This document shows positions 1 through 11,250 of a DNA stretch of 64,000 nt, piece by piece. This DNA comes from Camelus dromedarius. Lineage: Eukaryota. The stretch is from NCBI RefSeq assembly GCF_036321535.1, contig NC_087438.1, forward strand, positions 1,800,001-1,864,000, given 5' to 3'. How positions within the stretch are numbered: the stretch's first letter is position 1; the number at the start of each line of letters is the position of its first letter. The position numbers and the translations under genes are program-made. The notes beneath the pieces were generated by a model. The model did no database searches. It was not told where the DNA came from and worked only from the letters and a program-made list of their open reading frames with translations.

Positions 1-1532
1 GTCAGCGATGATGGATACCGGCATTTGGAACCGGCTGCTGCAGAGAATCCCGATTAAAAAATATTTCTCGGTTCTGCCTGGAGCAGAGTCACCATAACCG
101 GCGTGAGGAGGCTGTCTCTGTTCTGCTGGCTTCTCCCTCTCGTGTTGGAGCCGCACTCAGACCGAAGTCATTACTGAAAGAATTAAGTCCATCTGTGTTT
201 AGCCAAAGGCTTGGGCATCGTGTGAGCTCAGCGGACTTGGTATCTACTGTCCTTCTCATCACCTTAATGTGTCGGGAAAGCATCTCACGTGCACGGGGAG
301 TCGAGATGTGCTGGGACGGTGCCCTGACTGCATTCTTCCTCTTTTTATGCTTTCTCTTTATGTCTAGAAAAATAGGACAGACTGCGTCCGCCTCCTGTAA
401 CTAACTACATCGTATCACCTTTGAAATGAGCAACCTAGTTGACTAAAGGCGTTAACTAAATAAACCTGAGCCCACGTGAGTGATACCGAAAACACGCCAA
501 ATGGGTTAGAGACAATTTATGGCACTGAGCTTGGGGGAGAGAGTGATCTATTATCCTCCAGTCTCATAAATTTAAAATAAGAAATTGTTTTTCATTTTTC
601 ATTTGCTATCTCTCCACCTCCAGCATAAATCTGATGTGTGGACCGCGGTGGCGGTGACGGGGGTGGAAAATGCTCTCGTTTTATTCGACTCCATTTCATT
701 TCATTTTATCTCCTTGTGTATTTATGCTACGCCTTTTCCAAAAAGACTTCCCGGGGAGTGGAGTTACTTGAGCAGAGGCCCAGCGCTCAGGACCAGCCCC
801 CAGAGCAGGGGCGGGAACTGCAGTCGGCCCTCGGGCCGGCTTCCTGTGGCGGGTCCAGAACCGGATCCAGCGCCTGTTCTCCCCGCCGCCGCCACCGTTC
901 GCCGGATCCCCAGTTCCCACCACAACAGTAGCCCCTTGGGTCCTGCGACTGGCCTGGAGGACCGGCTAGTCTTCTAGACCTTTCAGACGTCTACCTGTGC
1001 GCACGGCCGGCGAAGGGTGGCCACCCGCCCGGCCCTGATAAGCTCTCTGTGTCGGGCTGTCCTTTTGTTCGAGACCAAAGCACTGATCGTGGGGGCCAGG
1101 CCTGTTTCCATCATTACTTACTGTTACTTTCACTCTGCAGTGTTCTCTTTGGGCCGGAAACCATTAGCATTCATGATGAAGAATTACCCGGTGTCTCTGG
1201 CCTTGGCGGTTTTTGGTGAGAGGTTGGTCTGGCCGCTCGGCTCTCACTGCGAGCTCGACGCAGGTGCCTCGCGGTTCCCGCTGCCCGTAAGTTACTCCGC
1301 AGCAAGAGCCTGTCCAAGGAGGGGGTTTCACACTGACGCTGCTCGAGCTCCTCTGGTGCTTCGCACCGCGCGAGACGTTCTAAACGTGCGCTACGGCTGC
1401 ATTTGCAAGCAGACACAGAGTCTCATGCCACCGTAGTTAGAAGCATATTTTAAAGAGGTTAAGTGACTATTAGACACAAAGTATTTTAATTACATCTTCT
1501 GTTTGTGAAAAGTGCATGTATCATATGTATAT

Positions 1533-1576
<44 letters not shown>
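1533..1576. repeat. Compound microsatellite (TG)6(TA)16
   Basis: Read directly; followed by degenerate TG/CA-rich low-complexity sequence to ~1665. Confidence 0.95.
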
Positions 1577-1577
<1 letters not shown>

Positions 1578-2794
1578 GTACACAGCGGTGTGCGTGTGTT
1601 GCACATCTGTGCGTACAGGCATGCACAGTACATATTGCACATATGTGTCGCTATGTGCGTGTGCAGCCATTCCTTACTTGTGTAACTGTCGATGCATTTC
1701 CCCCACATATTCTTAACAATGTGTTCTGCCCGAAGCTAGATTTGCTAACTGTAGCTGCTCGGGTGAACGCACCTTCTGCAGTCAGCACTTCTGATTCCTG
1801 GGCCATCGTCACACACGCGTTAGAGAAGTCTCGTCACAGCGCTCTTCCCGGAGCCGGGTCCTCCGGGTGACTGCGTTCATGTTATTTCCCTAAACCTGCG
1901 TGGTCACCAGTGATTAAGACTCACTCCCCTTTCATGTTGCAACAGAGGAAAAGCAAGCGAGGCTTCTGAGTCTGAAGCAGCTGCCCTTTAAGCACTGAGA
2001 CAAACGCAGAGCACGTGGCCCCCGTAACAGCTTGTTCCAAGTTAATAGCAGAATAAATGCTATGCTGCTCCCTGTAAATGACAGTGAACGGTTCTGCCCT
2101 AAATAAATTTTTGTCTTATCCGCCAGTCCTCCTAAAATTTAAATGGTCCCTAAAAACGTCCATTCTGCAGGTTGAAGAAGAGATGGGCTGGTGCTTTTTC
2201 TTACTCACCGTCACTACTGTGACACGGAGATTTCATTCTTAAAATTCATTCCTGTCTTGGGGTAGCTCCTCAGCGGCAGCTCATACGAGTGGTTCCAGGT
2301 GAGACGTCCCCTCCATTCCCGGCGGGGTGGGAAACAGCTCTTCCCTCCGCAGCAGAACACGGCTCTGGGCGGGCTCTGGGGAAAACTGATCATTGATGTG
2401 GCTGTCTTTAATCACGAGAAACCGACCTCACTGGAGTACGTGGACACTTACTTCACTTGCTTGTTGAGTGACTGTTGAAGTGAAAGTGTATTTACTTTAA
2501 TACTAAACCCAGTCAAGTTGATGGGAGCTCAACTATCTTTTCAATGACTCATCCAGCAGAGGGTGAGCGGCAAATTCTCTTCATTCGAACAGCAAAAGAC
2601 CGCCAGTGAGGAATTATTTTTGGAAAAACACAGGCCAAGGCTAAGGTCTGTTTTGCAAGTAAATCCAAGTCTACAGTTGAAAGGACTTCTTGATTTTCTA
2701 ACAATGTCACCCTTCACTGCCCTGACAATGGGACTCCATGTTATTATTAGGAAGAAAACAGTATTTTTTGTATCAAAACCGTGGGTGGTGGGGG

Positions 2795-3170
2795 GGTGAG
2801 AAATTCATTTAGCGTGTAACTCATTAGCAGATGCAGGCGGAGGGGCCGGGAGTCCTGAGCCGGGAGGGCAGCGGCAGGGACAGAGTAAATAATTTTCTTC
2901 TCCCTAATCAATGCTATTGATTGTCATTAAAGCAGCGAGCTCAAAACAATGAAGTGGTTTCTAATTTCCAGGCTCCAGGTGGAGCCTGCTCAGCCTCTTC
3001 CTCTTCCCAGTTAAGAGCGTCATTAAATGTAAGAGCAAACAGCACACCGAGAGGCCGAGGGTTTTATTAATTCATCATCAGAATTATCTCTGTGCATTAA
3101 TATTAATAGCCTCAAATTAGATTTCATTTAAGAGGTGAAATAAATATGCAGATAGTGAAAGCTCACACAG
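2795..3170. promoter_or_regulatory. Candidate conserved non-coding element / developmental enhancer
   Basis: Unique AT-rich block in GC-rich flanks with many TAAT/ATTA cores, AATCAAT-gct-ATTGATT inverted repeat (2906-2922), SOX-type AACAATG (2945-2951) and ATTAATATTAAT palindrome (3096-3107). Conservation is inferred, not shown. Confidence 0.5.
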
Positions 3171-4769
3171 CCCAGAGCCTCGGGGGTGGGTGTCCCTGGA
3201 GCGGTGTCTCGGGAGGGCTGTGGCCTGGACCAGAGCTGCCTGGAGGGAGAGCCGCGCTCAGACCTGGTCCCCGCAGAGCGGGCGGCTGGGGCTGAGCAGG
3301 GGCAGGGGGCGGGGGACGGCAAGGCGGGCTGGCGTGGCAGGAAGGAGGCCCTGCTCCACGTGTGCTGGCGGGCAGCTCTGCGTAGAGGGGTGCTCCTGGC
3401 AGAGCGGCTGGGGTGTCTGGAGGCCTCTGGCCTCAGGGAGAAGGAAGCCACAGCTGTGGAGAGCTCTGGGTGGCATTGCATCTTCCTCATAATTTTGCAC
3501 GCAGTTTGTCCTGTTGCTCAGTGTAAACAGAGCTCTGAAAAACCCTGCACCTCTTTGGGAAGACTTGGTCTTTTGGTCCCTGCTCAGGTGCTGTGGGGCT
3601 TTTTGATGATGCCCACCCCAAGGGTAGGCCGTTTTAGTGTGCTGCAGTTGAGAAAGAGAGACTGGGAGTTCATACCCTTACAAACTAGGTGGGCAGTCAA
3701 TCAAATGGACCACCTGCTCCCTTCTGGCCCTAAGAACACCTGCTTCCATCTCCACATCTCTGCGTTCACGCATCCCCGCATCCCCGCTCCTCTGCATCCC
3801 CGCTCCTCTGCATCACCGAATCTTCTCAGGACCAGGTGCTGCCTACGGTGGCCTGTTAACCAACTTGGGCCGCTCAGTACAGATGTGTTTTCAACTTCCC
3901 TTTTGCTGTGGGACTCCAGACTACTGGGCTAAATCTCTGTCCTTTAACTATCTTATTAAAAAAAAAAAAGGGCGAATTCTTATTTACCTACCTCAGAACA
4001 CTGAGATACTAGCATTTAAAGGCTGATTTATTACATTACGATGTATTCTCCTGTTCGGACACTTTAGAACGGACACATAGCCCAACATAATAGCTTCCGC
4101 TGCTAAAGCTGTATTTCAGATCAGCAGCTAGTCGTTTCTGAGACTGGAAACTTGAGCAGAAAGGAAAAGAACAGAATCCTGTAACTGATTTAACCATACA
4201 CAAAAATAGGTTTTTCTGGAGGCTAAACTCCATGAAAAGGTAAATATATTTTAATGTCTAATTTCTCTCCTAAATAATGAAAAGTAGTTTGTATTAGGAG
4301 AAGCAGTTTTTAAGGTAAACTGTGCCTGATCAAAGTTTCTATTATATATGCTTTTTGGACCTGAACCTTACTATTATTTTGTTCGAGAATTCCAGTCTCG
4401 AGTAGAGCTGTCTCTTCCAGTTTACAGGGTGTATTAGTTAATGATTGGTTAAAGGACCAAAGGGCTGTTATTATGACTTCTTGAAATGACGCTGAGTATT
4501 TCCTATAAATGTCACTGAAACTCAGTGGGCAAGCAAAGTGTCAAAGAACAGCCCGTGATCTCCATGGCTGCGGGGCAGCGCCCAGTCAGGGTCCGGGCCC
4601 TGGCAGGGTTTCGGGAGGACCAGAGGGACCTGGGGGCCCAGGTAACCACTGCGCCCGGAACGGGGACCCTGAGGGCACACAGACCTGGACTCGCTGCCCC
4701 GGCCCCGGGTCAGCCTGGCGGGAGCGGTGGCGCTGGTCAGTTGAGGAAGGAGTGACAGGGTCAGTCTGA

Positions 4770-5980
4770 AGGTCTGTCCTCTTCGTAATTTAGGGCTGTG
4801 ACTTAACCCTTGATTATTTTTTGTCACTGTCTTTCTTGATGTATTCTTGTCACAGAATCTCTCCTAGATGCAAAACATCTGTTCCTATTGGACTTTGAGT
4901 TCGTTTTAGGTGTCCAAGAAAGTAATCAATATATTGTAATAATGACAAAGTTACAAGTATACAGTTAGCTGCATGAAATGGAGAAAACTGTAAATACATC
5001 CTTTTGTCCCCTTTCAAGGTCCCAGAGGAAAGAAGGGAAAAACAAAGTAACAGTGCTGGGAAGAGAGAGAGAGAGAGAGAAAGCCACAGAGCTTCAAAGA
5101 ACATTTGATGAAATGAATGTATAATCATTGATCTAACTTTTCTTTTTCATTTTACCCATTTTCTGGGATTTTCCTCGAACTTTCTATGCATCGCTGTATT
5201 AATTTTGGAACAGACATCTCTGGAGAACTCTCACTGTCTTCCCAAAATAAGCCCTCTGTTAGGTTAACATTCTTCCTGAAAATCCTCTGTCTTTGTGTAA
5301 CTGTATGCGCCTGCACGAGCTTATAGTGGCTTTTTGTAAAAATGAAAGCAGGTGACACAGACTGTTCTTTGTTTTTCTAATAGTGTATCTTAGAAACATT
5401 TCGTGTCAGTACCTACAGAATCACATTGTACTCCTGCGTCGTGTTCCAGAGCTTACGTGGTCCATGCCTTTTCTGGGGCTGGAGGAGGCGGGAGGCATTC
5501 CTATGACGAACAGTTAGCTATCTTCTGTTTTTTTCTACTAAATAATGTCACAGTGAGTCACTTTCCACATAGATTATTTTGCCCAAATGAACAGATATTT
5601 TCTCCACGTATTCCCAGCAGTGAATTTGCAGAACCACAAAGAATTACTTGCCAAAAAAGGTACCAATTTACACTCCTATTAAGCACCAAAAAGCTGGTCT
5701 TTTCCCCCTAATCTGATGGATCCAAATGGCTTGTCACTTCCACTTCCATTTCTCTAAAGTACCTGAACATTTGTGCACAATTTTAATGCATAAAATTAAC
5801 TCATTCTCTTGAGTATTTTTCTCAGGTTGTTTTTTCTTATTACTTTGTAGGTCCTTTTTGTGTATCAGAGATACTATACAGATTGGAAATATATTTTCCT
5901 AGTTTGCTAAATGTTTTTAAACTTTATTCATGGTTTAGTTTGCTGCATAGTTTTTCACTTTAATACCTTCGACACGGCCA
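4770..5980 (-). mobile_element. Ancient, highly diverged L1 (L1ME-like) fragments, antisense
   Basis: T-rich; segments such as 'ctttgtaggtcctttttgtgtatcagagatacta...gaaatatattttcctagtttgc' and 'gtaccaatttacactcc' resemble antisense old-L1 ORF2/3' end. Confidence 0.5.
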
Positions 5981-6164
5981 GTTTTGTGTGTGTATGGGAG
6001 GGCACTGAATTTTGTACACACACAAGAATCTATCTTCTTATGTAGACATATATACATATAAACGTATAAATACGCGTGTGCACACATGGGTATATATACC
6101 CTGTCTCTTCACACATGCCCACGTGTCCTGTTGAACCGGAGGAGTGGGCTACGCCAGCCCGGAC

Positions 6165-6260
6165 TCCTGACACGGAGGGGCTGAGAGACAGTAACTGGCG
6201 GTGGTTTAAGCCTCTCAGTTTGGGGTGATTTATTACCCAGAAATATAAAACTAATGCACG
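6165..6260 (+). mobile_element. MaLR (MLT1-type) LTR 3' fragment
   Basis: 'ggtggtttaagcctctcagtttggggtgatttattacccagaaatataaaactaatgca' matches the typical MLT1 terminus. Confidence 0.6.
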
Positions 6261-6878
6261 CATAACTGACCACAGATTGGGGGGGTCGCAGCAACTTTAC
6301 CCTCCTGAAGTTGCAGAGTTTAACCAGTTTCCCTTCACCACTGTCACTGCTCCTGGGGGTCTTTGGGCTTATTTTTCTTGGCTTAATTTACGTTGGTGGG
6401 TCTCTTAAAACTTTAACATTTAAAGTTAATTTAGGTAGACACATTTTAAGTAGTCTTAAACATGCTTTTTCTATGAATATCTAAATTCAATAAATTTCCT
6501 CTTCCTGCATGAGACAAAACTTCATAGCCTCGTGCTCCCCCACATCAGGGTTCATGGCAAAACCATCTTGAACACTGTGTTTCTGTTAGTTATTGCTGTT
6601 GTCACTCAGAGTCATTATAGTCAAAGGTCAGTTTTACGGAATTCTGGGCCCATCGACATCTCTTACACCGCAGATTGCTTCCTGAGGACTTATTTATTTA
6701 CTTATTTTGTTTTGCCTGAGTACATTTTCGAGTAATATTTTTTCAATGGCAGTCTCCCTCAGTTTGCTGTTCCACATGTTTGACAAAGTCTTCAAATATT
6801 AAGACGTCATTTTGCCTTCAAACTTAGAGGTTTGCCTTGTTTGGTAAATAGTTTTAGGTTTAAGATATTCTCCTTCTG

Positions 6879-8243
6879 GAAATTAAAGAAGACTTTAAAA
6901 AATGGAAAGATATTCCATGCTCTTGGATTGGAAGAATCAGTATCGTTAAAATGGTCACACTGCCCAAGGCAATCTACAGATTTAATGCAATCCTATCAAA
7001 TTACCCAGGACATATTTCACAGAACTAGAACAAATCATAATAAAATTCATATGGAACCATCAAAGACCTAGAATTGCCAAAGGATTACTGAAGAGAAAGA
7101 AAGAGGCTGGAGGAATAACTCTCCCAGACTTCAGACAATACTACAGAGCTACAGTCATCAAGACAGCATGGTATTGGTACCAAAACAGACATATAGACCA
7201 ATGGAACAGAATAGAGAGCCCAGAAATGAACCCACAAACTTTTGGTCAACTAATCTTCGACAAAGGAGGCAAGAATATACAATGGAATAAAGACAGTCTC
7301 TTCAGCAAATGGTGTTGGGAAAACTGGACAGCAGCATGTAAAACAATGAAGCTAGAACACTCCCTTACACCATATACAAAAATCAACTCAAAGTGGATCA
7401 AAGACTTAAACATAAGACAAGATACAATAAACCTCCTAGAGGAAAACATAGGCAAAACATTATCTGACATACATTTCAAAAATTTTCTCCAAGAAGAAAT
7501 AAAAGCAAGAATAAACAAATGGGACCTAATGAAACTTACAAGCTTCTGCACAGCAAAGGAAACCAGAAGTAAAACAAGAAGAAAACCTACGGAATGGGAG
7601 AAAATTTTTGCAAGTGAAACCGACAGAGGCTTGATCTCCAGAATATATAAGCAGCTCATACGACTCAATAAGAAGAAAATAAACAACCCAATCCAAAAAT
7701 GGGCAGAAGACCTAAACAAGCAATTCTCCAAGGAAGACACACAAATGATCAAAAGGCACATGAAAAAATGCTCAATATCACTAATTATCAGAGAAATGCA
7801 AATCAAAACTACAATGAGGTATCACCTCACACCAGTCAGAATGGCTGTCATTCAAAAATCCACAAATGACAAATGCTGGAGAGGCTGTGGAGAAAGGGGA
7901 ACCCTCCTACACTGCTGGTGGGAATGCAGTTTGGTGCAGCCACTATGGAAAAGTGTGGAGATTCCTCAAAAGACTAGGAATAGACTTACTGTATGACCTA
8001 GGAATCCCACTCCTGGGCTTGTATCCAGAAGGAAATCTACTTCAGGATGACACCTGCACCCCAATGTTCATAGCAGCACTATTTACAGTAGCCAAGACAT
8101 GGAAACAGCCTAAATGTCCATCAACAGGTGACTGTATAAAGAAGATGTGGTATATTTATACAATGGAATACTACTCAGCCATAAAAACCGACAACATAAT
8201 GCCATTTGCAGCAACATGGATTCTCCTGGAGAATGTCATTTGA
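6879..8243 (+). pseudogene. Disrupted L1 ORF2p C-terminal region including the CCHC cysteine-rich motif
   Basis: [19 protein letters not shown]..., frameshift ~6992, then ...QLIFDKG...KWCWENW...[18 protein letters not shown] (ORF 7226-7996), second frameshift ~7950 into ...[24 protein letters not shown]...MEYYSAIK (ORF 7866-8243). EN and RT core absent. Confidence 0.93.
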
Positions 8244-8611
8244 AGTAAGCCAGAAAGAGAAAGAAAAATACCATATGAGATCGCTCATATGTGGAATCTA
8301 AAAAACAAACAAACAAAAACAAAGCATAAATAAAGGACAGAAATAGACTCACAGACAGAGAATACAGACTTGTGGTTGCCAGGGGGGTGGAGGGTGGGAA
8401 GGGATAGACTGGGATTTCAAAACTGTAGAATAGACTACACTGTATAGCACAGGGAAATATACACAAATTGTTATGATAACTCACAGAGAAAAAAATGTGA
8501 GAATGAGTGTGTATATGTCCATGAATGACTGAAAAATTGTGCTGAACACTGGAATTTGACACAACATTGTAAAATGATTATAAATCAATAAAAAATGTTA
8601 AAAAAAAAAAA
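6879..8611 (+). mobile_element. Young 5'-truncated LINE-1 (~1.7 kb; ORF2 C-terminus, 3'UTR, poly-A) with 17-bp TSD; camelid-type 3'UTR
   Basis: Clear ORF2 translation; G-rich 3'UTR tract; AATAAA 8587-8592; poly-A from 8600; TSD aagatattctccttctg (6862-6878) / aagacattctccttctg (8612-8628); TT|AAGA endonuclease-type site. Confidence 0.97.
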
Positions 8612-10424
8612 AAGACATTCTCCTTCTGAACCTTGAAGCCGTGGTGATGCCTCCTGGTGTGCCATGAAGTCCGAAGCCAGGCTGGTTCCTTCTTGTTCAT
8701 TTCGAGGGAGTTTAGGTCTTTGGGGGATGATTTTACTGTTTTCTTTTCGTGCTGGCAGTTTCAAAGCTTCATCAAGTTGTATCGTGGGATAAGTGACTCT
8801 TTTAGTATTTATCATACTTAGCCTTGTGTGTTTGTGTTTGTGGTAGTTAGGGCAGGGATTTTAAACTGAATTAGCTGAGAAATTTCTGCGAAGTTTCGCC
8901 TCCTCCTCTTCTCTCCTTCCTGCTGACATTTAAGGTGAACTCCTCTGCCCTGCCCCTCCTGGCGCTGTCCTAGCAGGTGTCACTGCTTCTGGTCTGTGCT
9001 CCAGGGCTCTCAAACGTTCTGGCCTCTGCTCCATCAGAATCAGTCACACAGCCTTTCAGCTCCTTAAATTTGATCTTCAACCGTTATCTACTCTTCTGCT
9101 CAGCCTGTTTATTCAGTTTAACTTATTGAAACCTCATTAATTTTTTAGAAGTTTATCTTCTTTATTTATGTGATTGGCTTCTGAATCCTAGGGTGTCCAT
9201 TTTAAGACTTTAAAGTCTATTTTTATTTGCTTTATTCTATTTTTTCTGGTGTCAGTTTTTCTGTTATGGAGATTTAGATTTCCCTTTCATTCATCCGTTT
9301 TTCTAAGTGCTTGTAAATGTGGAGCTGTTTGCTTCTATTTGCATTTGAGATAGTTTTCCCCACAGAACAACTGATTTCCCGGGGAGACAGACAGAGGCTC
9401 CTCGCCCAGACCTCTCTTTCAGGTCCTTGTTGTTGGTTTCCACTCTCAGTCAGCGCACCTCTGGCATCACTGTCGTCCATGTAGGTAGGAATTCTGTCTT
9501 GTATTTGGGCTGTGATTTCCCACTTTTGTTTTTCCCAAGTTGATTGGTCTTTGGGGAATTGCTCTGTGTATTCAGGTGGGGAGGGCATTCTGCTGCCCGC
9601 CTTGTACACTTCTTTTGTCTGAGAACTTCCTCCAGGATTTCTTCTGTGTAATACATCGTACTTGTTATTTTTATGAAATTTAAAGTGAAGAAGAAACAGG
9701 TATTTAGTGTTCCATCTGAGTCTCCATAAAAACAATCTCATTGATACAATGTTACGTGTTATTGGAAAAAGTGTCATCATTAACATAACAATAGCTACTC
9801 CTTTTATTCAAAGCTTCTCTGATGATTTGAACTAAAAATTTATTTGGCTATATTCTGCCTATGACTCTTCCCAGGAGACCTTTCTTGTTTGGTCAACAAG
9901 ACTGGTTACAACAAAATTCCACTTTCTTGTTATCAAGAATTTGAATATTATTCATAGTTTCACTTAAGTTTATACATTATATTAATTTTATTCACTTAAT
10001 TTTATACATTGTCTTGTATTTAGTACTCACACTTATTGCCTCGTCCCCAAATCCAGTCACTGTGGGACACAGGCTCCCCGGAACATAAATGAGCCAGGCC
10101 ACCTGGCAGTCCTTTGGGGCGGCACCTGAGCGGGGCAAACAGCAGCCCCAGCTGGGCCAGGGACAAGTGAGAAGTCCCACCTTGCTGGCCGGGTTTCTCT
10201 CCCTTCAGTTTCCTCCAAACCAGCCACAAGCAGTGCCATGGGGTCAGGCCACAATGAGTGAGTGGACACCTGCCCATGTGTCCCCTCTACCCTCAGAGAA
10301 GCATCGGGAAAGGGGGGCTCCACCTGTGAAGGAGGCCAGAGCCCCAGCCTCTCTGACATCAAATCGTGAGCCTGGTTGGGCCCACTCGCACCACAAGGAG
10401 CTCCTTGCCGGACAGAATACTCCT

Positions 10425-11250
10425 TGACGTAAATCTTAGCAATGTTTTGTGATTTTTGTCTCCTAAGGCAAAAGAAACACAAGCAAAAAATTAACAAATA
10501 GGACCTAATCCAACTTAAAAGCTTTTGCGCAGCAAAGGAAACCATTGACAAAACAAAACCACAACCTCCTGAATAGAAGAAAATATTTGCAAATAATATG
10601 AACAATATTGGGTAAATATGAAAATATATAAACAGTTCTTACAACTCAACTTCAAAAAAAAAATTACAAAATGGACAGAAGATATGTATAGACATTTTTC
10701 CAAAAAGGACACAGAGATGGCCAACAGGCAAACAAAAGATGGTCAGCATTGCTCATCATCAGAGAAATGAAAATCAAAACCACAGTGAGGTGTCACCTCA
10801 CACCTGGCAGAGTGCTTATCATCAAAAAGAACACAAATAACAAACGTTGGCGTTGACGTGGGGAGAAGGGAGACCTCATGTACTGCTGGCGGGAATGTAA
10901 CCTGGTGCAGGTTAAAAAATTAAAAATAGAGCTGACGTATGGTCCAGCAATTCCACTCCTGGGCATGTATCCAAAGAAAATGAAAACATTAATTTGAAAA
11001 GATGCACGCACCCCAATGTTCATAGAAACACTATTTACAGTAGCCAAGATACGAAAGCAACCCAAGTGTCCATCAACAGATGCCTGGATACAGAAGATGT
11101 GGTGTGTATGTTCAGGAGAATACTACTCAGCCATGAAAAATGAAGTTTTGTCATTTGCAGCAACATGGATGGACTTGAGGGTATCACGATGGCGAAATAA
11201 TTCAGACAAAGACAAAACCTGCATGATGTGACTTAACCTGTGGACTCTGA
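10425..11250 (+). mobile_element. Older L1 ORF2 3' fragment, degenerate with internal deletions
   Basis: 'aaaagcttttgcgcagcaaaggaaaccattgacaaaacaaaa' and [29 protein letters not shown]...EYYSAMK...FAATWMDL (ORF 11016-11231). Confidence 0.9.

Larger units (their letters stand above)
6740..9300 (-). mobile_element. Ancient antisense L1 (ORF1-region remnant), split by the young L1
   Basis: 'gtcattttgccttc...gttttaggtttaagatattctccttctg' rejoins across the TSD to 'aaccttgaag...gaagtccgaagccaggctggttccttcttg', resembling antisense L1ME/MC ORF1. Confidence 0.55.

Noticed and set aside
3186..3932. 248-aa ORF
   Set aside because: Non-ATG start, no recognisable homology, and it includes a short tandem repeat (3778-3814).
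7246..7806. 186-aa hydrophobic minus-strand ORF
   Set aside because: Antisense shadow of L1 ORF2, a common source of spurious hypothetical proteins.
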